From positions 1 through 58,096 of IMG/VR virus record IMGVR_UViG_3300027609_000006: a stretch of 58,096 bases of DNA. One strand, written 5' to 3'. Shown here in pieces: positions 31,948-39,079 of this stretch. This stretch comes from a virus. The notes beneath the pieces were generated by a model. It saw only the letters and a program-made list of their open reading frames with translations. It searched no databases and was not told where the DNA came from. Each line of letters starts with the position of its first letter. The stretch's first letter is position 1. The position numbers and the translations under genes are program-made.

Positions 31948-32646
31948 ATGTCCATGTCCGCAGCAATGGCCCAGCAGGCCACGCAAACGGCGATTAACAA
32001 TGTGTCTGCCAATATGCAGGCCAACGCAGTCGCCGCCATCACCGCGCAACAGCAGTTCATTATCAATTCGTTCCGCGGTCAGATTTACATTTCAAACCAG
32101 CTTGACGTCGAGGACACCCCGCTGTACGACACGATCACGTACACCGCGGGCCAGTCGATCACCGGCAACCAGGGAGGCAATTCGTCCTGGTTCACCAACG
32201 TCGAAAATAGCTCCGGAAAGACGCTCGCTCAGACCAATATGACGCAGAACGGGAAACTGGACGCGCCCAAGGCGTTCTCGGTTTTCGGTATCCGGCTCAA
32301 CTGGTCCGAGGGGATTCTGCGCTCGGATCTGCAAACGCTGCTCGATAGTTGGGCTTTCGACTTCTGGCTGGGCGATAAGTCGTACCAGCGCGGAAATATC
32401 CGCCACTTCTCTTCGGGGATGGGGATTTCCGGCTACACCACCAAGACTGCGGAATCGTTCTACACCAACGGCCTGCCCGGCCGTCAGTCGATGAACATGC
32501 TGTCGGTGAAACTGGTGATCGCGAATCAGATGAGCTTCCAGGCTTATCTGACCGGCTCGAACACTGCGCAGGTGCTGTCGTCTTCAGGCGCCGGGCTGAT
32601 CTTCCTGTGCGAATTAGTGGGTCTGTTCGCTCGCGGCGTGCAGTAG
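31948..32646 (+). CDS. Candidate major virion (jelly-roll-like) protein
   Basis: Strong AGGAG 8 nt before the ATG, followed by a 136-nt non-coding gap. Beta-rich composition. Function is inferred only. Confidence 0.6.
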   Translation: MSMSAAMAQQATQTAINNVSANMQANAVAAITAQQQFIINSFRGQIYISNQLDVEDTPLYDTITYTAGQSITGNQGGNSSWFTNVENSSGKTLAQTNMTQNGKLDAPKAFSVFGIRLNWSEGILRSDLQTLLDSWAFDFWLGDKSYQRGNIRHFSSGMGISGYTTKTAESFYTNGLPGRQSMNMLSVKLVIANQMSFQAYLTGSNTAQVLSSSGAGLIFLCELVGLFARGVQ

Positions 32647-32782
32647 AATTGATCTGAGAGGTGGGAGCGGTAGTTCTGGGAGGAACGTTTCCACTTTTTG
32701 ATCTTCCCTCGGGTTCGCTTGGGGGATTTGAAAGAGAGGGTGGGGTGACATCACCTCCGAGTGTTACTCCGCCTTCTTTTTG

Positions 32783-32840
32783 TTTTGGCCTCACCGCTAA
32801 TCGATCTTTCGCATCAAGGCGGTGGGTTCGACATGGGAGG
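32783..32840 (+). repeat. SAR arm, F-form
   Basis: TTTTGGCCTCACCGCTAATCG..GGTGGGTTCGACATGGGAGG, 4 nt before GTG 32845. Confidence 0.9.
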
Positions 32841-32844
32841 TTCT

Positions 32845-33021
32845 GTGAACAGAACAGAGCAAATTCGGCAGTGGTTGAGCGTGGTTCTCGGACCCACCGC
32901 GCGGGTCGAAGCTTATTCACCGGAGTACGTCTGGCAGCGGTTCCGGGACATGTGGGGATTTTACGGCGTTGAGATCATGAGCGCGTGGGGCGCTCCGCCG
33001 TTGCACTTTACGATATTCTGA
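32845..33021 (+). CDS. Small hypothetical protein
   Basis: GTG start after GGGAGG. Sequence MNRTEQIRQWLS. Confidence 0.4.
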   Translation: MNRTEQIRQWLSVVLGPTARVEAYSPEYVWQRFRDMWGFYGVEIMSAWGAPPLHFTIF

Positions 33022-33035
33022 CGGGGAGAAAAAAC

Positions 33036-33218
33036 ATGGCACTCAAATTTGGTTCGCCCGCGTGGCGCAAGAAGTACGCACCTAAGAAGAAAAAGCGATC
33101 CGCGAACAAGAAGCGCAAACCGGCGAAACGGAAGACCGCCAAGAAAAAGCGGACACCGAATCCGTGGAAGCGGCCGAAGCAGGTGCGCGTCCGCAAGGGC
33201 AAATTGGAAGTTCGGTAA
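33036..33218 (+). CDS. Very basic 60-aa protein (DNA-condensing candidate)
   Basis: KKYAPKKKKRSANKKRKPAKRKTAKKKRTPNPWKRPK. Confidence 0.55.
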   Translation: MALKFGSPAWRKKYAPKKKKRSANKKRKPAKRKTAKKKRTPNPWKRPKQVRVRKGKLEVR

Positions 33219-33228
33219 CGATCCAGCG

Positions 33229-33284
33229 GGCGGTGTCGAGTAATCAAAACTTGGCCCTGCCGCGATTCAGAACGAGGCCAAATT
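33229..33284 (+). repeat. SAR arm, R-form
   Basis: GGCGGTGTCGAGTAATC..CAGAACGAGGCCAAATT, then ATG 33285. Confidence 0.75.
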
Positions 33285-33740
33285 ATGAGCACATATCCCA
33301 TCAACCAATTCGCACCAGACTATTTCCAGGGCCTCGCACTGGACCCGAACGCGTCTGTCGATCCCAAACCCTTCAACTACGTCTACAACCCGCCGAACGG
33401 CCAACTTACCGCAGATCAGGAGATCGACGGCGACACGGTCTCGATTCAAACGGACGCGGATTTCTACGCCTTCGGCTGGTACATCTCACTGTTCACTGGC
33501 GCGTTTCAGATCCGCCTCGCGGATTCGACCGGCTACCAGTTGCAAAGCGGCTTCATTAATTCGGGCGCGCTTTCGCAATCTTCAAACCAACCCACGGTGT
33601 TTTCGCCGGCGCATCTGTTCCCGGCTGGATCGAAGATCCTGATCGACATCGAAGATTTGTCGGATGCAACCAATCCGTTGCAAATCGTGTTTCCCGGTGT
33701 CAAGTTGTATAAGATCATTGGAAGGGCGGGGAAGGGGTAG
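33285..33740 (+). CDS. Beta-rich virion-protein candidate
   Basis: ORF track. FYAFGWYISLFTGAFQIRLADSTGYQL resembles the N-terminal half of 37227..38378. Confidence 0.65.
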   Translation: MSTYPINQFAPDYFQGLALDPNASVDPKPFNYVYNPPNGQLTADQEIDGDTVSIQTDADFYAFGWYISLFTGAFQIRLADSTGYQLQSGFINSGALSQSSNQPTVFSPAHLFPAGSKILIDIEDLSDATNPLQIVFPGVKLYKIIGRAGKG

Positions 33741-33750
33741 GAAGGTGTTT

Positions 33751-33808
33751 ATGTTGGCCTCATTCGAAACTGCGGACCTTCAAATCTCTCCCGTTCGACC
33801 AGGAGAGG
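33751..33808 (+). repeat. SAR arm, F-form (translated as an N-terminus)
   Basis: ATGTTGGCCTCATTCGAAAC..CCCGTTCGACCAGGAGAGG. GGAAGGTG lies 3 nt before the ATG. Confidence 0.85.
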
Positions 33809-33996
33809 TTATCCGGCTTGTAGCGGACGCAAGTTACAACGCAGGCAGCTCGGATGCGTGGTTTGTAGCAGCTTGGATCATGGCGGCGGGCGCGGCGTTC
33901 GCGATGTTCAATGCGGACAAACAGACCACGGCATTCATGGTCGGAGCGGCATTCGGATCGATGTGGAACGCGTACGACGCGGCAAGGAGTTCGTGA
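33751..33996 (+). CDS. Small membrane protein
   Basis: MLASFETADLQISPVRPGE.., then two TM segments. Confidence 0.55.
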   Translation: MLASFETADLQISPVRPGEVIRLVADASYNAGSSDAWFVAAWIMAAGAAFAMFNADKQTTAFMVGAAFGSMWNAYDAARSS

Positions 33997-34488
33997 GTGA
34001 GCACCGCACCCTATCCAATTCTCGACGGCTTCCGGCTCAATACGCTGCTGCGTTGCGATCTGACGTTCGGATCCATGGCCATCGATCAATACAACGCCTT
34101 GCGCCGCGTGCGCGCCTTTAGGTCCAAAGGCTGGTGCATCCCGAACGACACGCAATCGGAACTCATTCCCGCCTTCGACTCCTACGAGTATCAGGTCCAC
34201 ATGAAGCCTGGCTCCGCGATCTGGGGCTATACGTTCACTGGGGATTCGAGTGGCACGGATTCGTTTCAGGTGCGGGAGACGTGCACGGATGTCCCGTTGT
34301 TTTCCGAGGTTCTGACGAAGCAGCCGGAGACTGCGCCATTACTCGGAGAGGCATCCTGGGCTCAGCAGCAGATGCTTCCCAGTTTGTTGGTTGTTCCGGC
34401 GCCGGGCCTTTTGCACGTCGAGATTGCGACCACCAGCAGCACGCCCAGGGCGATTCAGCTTATTCTGTGGGGAGGGGAGCCTGCGTAA
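33997..34488 (+). CDS. Beta-rich virion-protein candidate
   Basis: ORF track, GTG start. Confidence 0.65.
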   Translation: MSTAPYPILDGFRLNTLLRCDLTFGSMAIDQYNALRRVRAFRSKGWCIPNDTQSELIPAFDSYEYQVHMKPGSAIWGYTFTGDSSGTDSFQVRETCTDVPLFSEVLTKQPETAPLLGEASWAQQQMLPSLLVVPAPGLLHVEIATTSSTPRAIQLILWGGEPA

Positions 34489-34832
34489 TGCTCACAGATA
34501 ACATTGATGTTTTGGCCTCGCCGGAATCAGGTGCTTCGCGTCCGGTTGAGAATGCTCGACAAGGGGAATTTCCTGACGCCCGTTATCAAGAGCGGTTTCA
34601 CCCTTTCGCCGGCGAATCAGAAAAACCATGCCTGATCTGCGGTGGAGAGCGAAAGCATAAATCTCACTACGATAAAAACGGATTTTTCGGCTATACAACG
34701 CTTGATGCAGCGCTGAATTCCACGGGCAGATGGGTATTCGAGACTAAGAAATATCCAGGACGGCCAAAAAGGGAGACTGTCGAACCCACGGCCTCCGACG
34801 AAGCTGGGGTTACCGGTGAGGCCAAACAATGA
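34488..34832 (+). CDS. Cassette ORF, zinc-ribbon protein
   Basis: TAATG overlap in. F arm near the N-terminus, CLICGGERKHKSH, R arm at the C-terminus (..TGEAKQ, ATGA overlap out). Confidence 0.5.
   Translation: MLTDNIDVLASPESGASRPVENARQGEFPDARYQERFHPFAGESEKPCLICGGERKHKSHYDKNGFFGYTTLDAALNSTGRWVFETKKYPGRPKRETVEPTASDEAGVTGEAKQ
34510..34567 (+). repeat. SAR arm, F-form
   Basis: TTTTGGCCTCGCCGGAATC..GAGAATGCTCGACAAGGGG. Confidence 0.8.
34774..34828 (+). repeat. SAR arm, R-form
   Basis: AGACTGTCGAACCCAC..CCGGTGAGGCCAAACA, then ATG 34829. Confidence 0.9.
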
Positions 34833-35152
34833 GATCGACCCACACCTACGTCACCCTCGAAATCAGCGCCGCCGGATACGATGAGATCGCGAAAAAGCTC
34901 CGAGACGCCGACTACGGCCACTGCTTCAACGCTGCGGGTGAAATCGACATGACAGGAATCGCAGTGATCCGCGCGGCCTGCGTTCGTGGCTGCGCGTTCT
35001 GTTCCTCGGCCGCGACATTCCCCGATGTTGATCTCTGCGATAAGTGCGCCGCCAAGTTCGCCGCCAAATTGAAGTCTCTCCCTGATTGGCCCTTAGCGCG
35101 AACGCAAGGGCAGTCGGCAGAGCACCACACTGAGGGGAGCGCCAAGCCATGA
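34829..35152 (+). CDS. Cys-containing hypothetical protein
   Basis: Contains CAFCSS..CDKCAAKF. C-terminus PLARTQGQSAE..EGSAKP is a d-type R arm. Confidence 0.55.
   Translation: MRSTHTYVTLEISAAGYDEIAKKLRDADYGHCFNAAGEIDMTGIAVIRAACVRGCAFCSSAATFPDVDLCDKCAAKFAAKLKSLPDWPLARTQGQSAEHHTEGSAKP
35090..35148 (+). repeat. SAR arm, R-form, d-type
   Basis: CCCTTAGCGCGAACGCAAG..GAGGGGAGCGCCAAGCC, then ATG 35149. Confidence 0.8.
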
Positions 35153-35376
35153 GTGATTCTGAGGCGGTTCGAACGCTGGAGCGACGTCAAAAGCATTTGA
35201 TCTCTCTTCTTGAGCCAAAACGCGGGTACGATGTGAATTCGCTACATTTCATTCGAGCCGAAGTTGCAGCGTTGTCAGTCGCTCTTTCGGCAATCGAGGA
35301 CCGTCGAAAACTTCTCCTGGTCGGACGCTTTACGCCGCACGAAGCCGCGCTGCCGACGGAGGCCAAAACATCATGA
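35149..35376 (+). CDS. Small hypothetical protein
   Basis: ORF track. Ends ..LLLVGRFTPHEAALPTEAKTS (R arm). Confidence 0.5.
   Translation: MSDSEAVRTLERRQKHLISLLEPKRGYDVNSLHFIRAEVAALSVALSAIEDRRKLLLVGRFTPHEAALPTEAKTS
35311..35372 (+). repeat. SAR arm, R-form (type specimen)
   Basis: CTTCTCCTGGTCGGACGCTTTACGCCGCACGAAGCCGCGCTGCCGACGGAGGCCAAAACATC, then ATG 35373. Confidence 0.95.
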
Positions 35377-36317
35377 GCCGCGGACTCGCAGACATCGTAC
35401 CCCTGAACATCCCCCCAGGAGCCGTAACCACACAAGCAGCGGGATGGTTAAACGGACCGGATGGAAACTGGTACTGGACAGGCTCCACTCCTCCCCCTTT
35501 GAATATCCCCATCACTTCCGGGCCGGGCATACCCTCAAACGCAGGTTGGGTCATTGCACCCAACGGACAACTGGTATGGACCGGCCCCGGCACTCAGCCG
35601 ACGATTCTTCCCGCGTCCGTGACGCCGCCGGGCAGCGTGATCTCCGTGCCTTCTGGTGCGCAAGGGCCGATCCTGAACTGGACGCCCCAGCCGCTGCTAC
35701 CCGATTCGATCCTTCCGCCGCCGCTACAGCGTTCGAACCCGCTGGCCGCACCTGCACAGTGGATTCCCAACAAATACGACTTCCAGATCATCGGAAGGGC
35801 CAAGAAATGGCAATGGGTCGCCGCGCACGGAGGCCTGAAGTCGTGCTGCCGTATCCCGGAGCTCGGCGCGCCAATTTACGATCTGCCGCCGTGGGAAAAG
35901 ATGCCGTCGAACAGCTTCGAATTCCAGGAAATGAATGGTTTGCCGATCGCAGATTTTCAGAGCGGTGGAATTTTCACAGGCGACGATGTCCTTATCCTAT
36001 CAATCCAGGTGCCTTCAGGTTACGACGGCGTCATCAACCGGTTCGTGGCCGGAACGACGGGAGTAACGGGCTACGCGGATTTCACGGATTCGATCAACTG
36101 GCGCCTGAAATACGGCATCCGCTATGCAAAGAACCTGGGCGATGTCGATAATACATTCGGATCGTTCAACAACGCTATCCAGGTTCCCCAGACGTATATT
36201 TGCCGGGTGATTTCCGGGCAAACAATCGAAGTTTACGCGAACGTGCCGGTGGGTTCCCCAATCGCGGGAGGCTCAATCAACGCCGGCGTTTTCGGATGGT
36301 TTTATCCGCGGCGGTAA
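35373..36317 (+). CDS. Beta-rich virion-protein candidate (314 aa)
   Basis: ORF track. Pro-rich N-terminus, then a beta-rich domain. Confidence 0.7.
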   Translation: MSRGLADIVPLNIPPGAVTTQAAGWLNGPDGNWYWTGSTPPPLNIPITSGPGIPSNAGWVIAPNGQLVWTGPGTQPTILPASVTPPGSVISVPSGAQGPILNWTPQPLLPDSILPPPLQRSNPLAAPAQWIPNKYDFQIIGRAKKWQWVAAHGGLKSCCRIPELGAPIYDLPPWEKMPSNSFEFQEMNGLPIADFQSGGIFTGDDVLILSIQVPSGYDGVINRFVAGTTGVTGYADFTDSINWRLKYGIRYAKNLGDVDNTFGSFNNAIQVPQTYICRVISGQTIEVYANVPVGSPIAGGSINAGVFGWFYPRR

Positions 36318-36343
36318 GGCCGCAAAGGAATAATGTTTATTTT

Positions 36344-36604
36344 ATGGCTATGCCCACTGACCAGCAAGTGAACAAGCTTTTCGATTTCCGGTTCAACATC
36401 ACCACCGTACTCTCCGTTTTCGCGATGCTCTGGGCGGCCGCGATGGGTATGGCGAAAATGGAGACGCAGGAAAGCCACGATAGGGACGTGAAGCGGATCG
36501 AATCCGACTACGTGCGGCGCGACGTGAACGACCTGACCGACCGCGAGCTACGGGAATGGCTTATCCGCATCGAGAAAAAGCTGGATGAGCGAAACCGAAG
36601 ATGA
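36344..36604 (+). CDS. Single-TM plus coiled-coil protein (holin- or spanin-like, speculative)
   Basis: ITTVLSVFAMLWAAAMGMA, then a charged helix. Confidence 0.5.
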   Translation: MAMPTDQQVNKLFDFRFNITTVLSVFAMLWAAAMGMAKMETQESHDRDVKRIESDYVRRDVNDLTDRELREWLIRIEKKLDERNRR

Positions 36605-36843
36605 CAGATGCCGTTCAAATTGAACTGATCCGCGCACTCGCTATCATCCCCGGATCGATTGGCGGAATTATAGCCGCATGGTTTTCATATAAGGCCGCGA
36701 CCCACGCTAAGGAAGCTGTGGATGTGGCGAAAAACGTCGAGAACAACACGAACGGCATGTCCCATGCGTTGAATGATCTCACGGCTAAGTCTTCATACGC
36801 GGCTGGGAGGCTGGATGAAAAAAACGAGGCCAACCAATTATGA
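36601..36843 (+). CDS. Small TM protein (holin-like, speculative)
   Basis: ATGA overlap with the upstream ORF. Contains ALAIIPGSIGGIIAAWFSY. Ends at GAGGCCAACCAATTATGA. Confidence 0.5.
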   Translation: MTDAVQIELIRALAIIPGSIGGIIAAWFSYKAATHAKEAVDVAKNVENNTNGMSHALNDLTAKSSYAAGRLDEKNEANQL

Positions 36844-36974
36844 GACGCATCTTTTTCGGATGCCTCTTCCTTTCTCTCTGCTGGTGCGGACGTGACGGCG
36901 TTCGCAGACAAGAGGGCGCTGTCGAGAAGTCACGAATTGACCAAGCCAAAAATCAGAGCGAGGCCAAAAAATAG
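36840..36974 (+). CDS. 44-aa putative lipoprotein (o-spanin-like, speculative)
   Basis: Hand translation MRRIFFGCLFLSLCWCGRDG..SEAKK. The stop TAG is formed at the junction with the TIR element. Confidence 0.3.
   Translation: MRRIFFGCLFLSLCWCGRDGVRRQEGAVEKSRIDQAKNQSEAKK
36915..36973 (+). repeat. SAR arm, R-form
   Basis: GGCGCTGTCGAGAAG..CAGAGCGAGGCCAAAAAATA. Its A-rich tail is the target of the TIR insertion. Confidence 0.75.
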
Positions 36975-37218
36975 GGAGTTATATATGAGTACAGGAAGGA
37001 TTAAAAATGACAAAAGAACAAATTAATAAAGCTGTGATCGGGGCTGCAAAACGCCTTTCAACTGGCAATAATGAGTACGATACCTATGGGATGGACGTTG
37101 AAATCCTACGAAAACACGCACTAGATAAGGACTTTTCATTTGTGGCTCATGCCGTGCAGCGAAAGATTCACCAAAAAAGGGCAGCGTAATCTTCCACTTA
37201 CTCATGTATATAGCTCCC
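36974..37218. mobile_element. 245-bp TIR element with 8-bp target-site duplication
   Basis: Ends are GGGAGTTATATATGAGTA and (reverse complement) GGGAGCTATATACATGAGTA. Flanked by AAAAAATA at 36966..36973 and 37219..37226. AT-rich interior. Confidence 0.75.
37007..37189 (+). CDS. 60-aa ORF carried by the TIR element
   Basis: ORF track. Function unknown. Confidence 0.4.
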   Translation: MTKEQINKAVIGAAKRLSTGNNEYDTYGMDVEILRKHALDKDFSFVAHAVQRKIHQKRAA

Positions 37219-37226
37219 AAAAAATA

Positions 37227-38378
37227 ATGCCAAGTTCCCGACTCTACACCCCGCCCCCAGGCTTCTACGATTTACCATACACCTACGCCTTCGACGCATC
37301 AACCTTGGTGAACGGGAACAGTTATCCCAACCAGCAGGTGTACATTCAGGGAGGATATGGAGACTTCGCAGTTCGGCGAGTAGTGGGGTTGAACCGGATC
37401 CTAGCCGGTAACGGAACCGGCACTTTCCAGCTAATGCGCGCCTCGCAAGGCGTCTACCAGTCCTCGAACCCGGTTCAAGCGCCGAACGCGCCCGAGCTCG
37501 CGATTGTTCCCGAAGAGTGGTATCCCGAAACCGGCCAAATCGGCTTTGACCTGTTCGGCATCGCCCTCCCATCTAACACAGCTACCGCGCAGATCGCATT
37601 CCAAGGCTCCAGAAGGCTCCCGGGCACCAGCCCCCTCATTGGATACAAGGCGGACCCCAGGACCTACACCTACATCGCGGAAGGCAACCTCACACAGGTC
37701 GCCTCACAGAACGCCCGGGTGGTCACCTACACACCCATCGACAATTACGACTTTCTGCTGTACCAACTTATGATATTTCAGGAGGCACCCGCATCGCTGG
37801 AGATCGATCAGAGCGATTCAGGATATAACATCACCCTGGTAGCGGTCGAACCTGGTCCGGCGGGCAACCAGATCAGTTTCGAAGTCACCGGAATCGGTAC
37901 CCCCAATTTGCCACTCGTGATCACAGTCGCCGGCAGCGCGATCTCCGTACAGCCGCAGACGAACGGATCCGGTTTGCCTGTTGCTTTGATGTCGGGGTTG
38001 GTCGCGCAGTTGAACGCCAATCCCGCAGTTGCCGCGCTGGTCACGATAACGACCACGACTCCGGCTGGATCCCCCTTCCTGGTATCCCCGGCTGAATTTC
38101 TCACCGGCGGCGGATTGAGTCCGATCACATCCCCGGTGTGCTCGATACAGGTCTTCGATCAGAATCAGGTGGGCATTTCAAACATACCTATTCTGGACAT
38201 CTTCTATAACGGAGCGCCCGGTACGCCTTACGAGAACGGGGCAGTGGTACCGCCGCTGATGTTCCGGCGAAACACGCTGGTGGAGATTGACTTTTACTCC
38301 CAGATCACAAACCCCGCTCTGTTGCCGCTGGGAATCGTCGTCTATCTGATCGGCCGCAAACTATATCCCTGTGGGTGA
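37227..38378 (+). CDS. Large beta-rich virion-protein candidate (383 aa, possibly two jelly-roll-like halves)
   Basis: ORF 37140..38378 trimmed to the ATG after the duplicated AAAAAATA. Function is inferred. Confidence 0.7.
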   Translation: MPSSRLYTPPPGFYDLPYTYAFDASTLVNGNSYPNQQVYIQGGYGDFAVRRVVGLNRILAGNGTGTFQLMRASQGVYQSSNPVQAPNAPELAIVPEEWYPETGQIGFDLFGIALPSNTATAQIAFQGSRRLPGTSPLIGYKADPRTYTYIAEGNLTQVASQNARVVTYTPIDNYDFLLYQLMIFQEAPASLEIDQSDSGYNITLVAVEPGPAGNQISFEVTGIGTPNLPLVITVAGSAISVQPQTNGSGLPVALMSGLVAQLNANPAVAALVTITTTTPAGSPFLVSPAEFLTGGGLSPITSPVCSIQVFDQNQVGISNIPILDIFYNGAPGTPYENGAVVPPLMFRRNTLVEIDFYSQITNPALLPLGIVVYLIGRKLYPCG

Positions 38379-38433
38379 GAAACAAATTTGCACACTGCTG
38401 GATCTAACCAGCGTTTACGAAAGGGATTTTCCG

Positions 38434-38637
38434 ATGTTTCCTCCATTTCTGATCAGTTTAATTGTCGGCTTGGTGGTGGTGGGGTTGGTCTTATGGGTGT
38501 TGGGTCAGATTCCGATTGATCCGGCGATTCAGCGCATTATCCGGGTGGTGATTATCGTTTGCGTTGTTCTTTGGCTGCTGTCGGTTTTGTTGGGATGGGG
38601 TGGGGGATTGGCGTATCCGGCGTATCCGCATCGATAG
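38434..38637 (+). CDS. Small two-TM membrane protein
   Basis: MFPPFLISLIVGLVVVGLVLWVLG..VVIIVCVVLWLLSVLLGW. Confidence 0.55.
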   Translation: MFPPFLISLIVGLVVVGLVLWVLGQIPIDPAIQRIIRVVIIVCVVLWLLSVLLGWGGGLAYPAYPHR

Positions 38638-38801
38638 GTTGGCGCTCCTCACGGATTATCGTTTTGGGCCGACTGCTCATCCGTTCGCGCTAAGGATTCT
38701 CCGCAGTAGAACCGTAAACGCCACGCCAGCTTGGAGCGGAACAACTCCTGGTCGGGCGCTCAAAAGCAGAGCGAAGCCACGCTGCTGACGGAGGCCAAAT
38801 C
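38637..38801 (+). repeat. Chimeric double arm: d-type F-form plus standard R-form, at the convergence point
   Basis: GGTTGGCGCTCCTCACGG..CCGTTCGCGCTAAGGATTC, then CAACTCCTGGTCGGGCGCTC..GACGGAGGCCAAATC. No gene follows. Confidence 0.75.
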
Positions 38802-38809
38802 ATAATCGT

Positions 38810-39079
38810 TCAACCACAGGACTGCCCCGAAGACTTCGGCATATTCGAAGTGCGGACCATTTCCATGAGGTCCAGATTGTAAGCCGTGAGCTTACCCAAC
38901 CGGACATCAATGCATATTCCCGTCGCATCAAATGGATATTCGAAACCGTTCTCCAAAACACCGATTATGACTAGTTCCTCAGCCAGCGGAGGAACGCCCT
39001 TGATCCGAACCAATTCCTTCCCGCCCCGCGTCCTATACACGCATCCGATTGAGGATTCCCACGCTTTTCGATCAAGCAT
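38810..39079 (-). CDS. Hypothetical protein
   Basis: ATG follows GGAGGCCGAAGAAA. Confidence 0.55.
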   Translation of the reverse strand: MLDRKAWESSIGCVYRTRGGKELVRIKGVPPLAEELVIIGVLENGFEYPFDATGICIDVRLGKLTAYNLDLMEMVRTSNMPKSSGQSCG

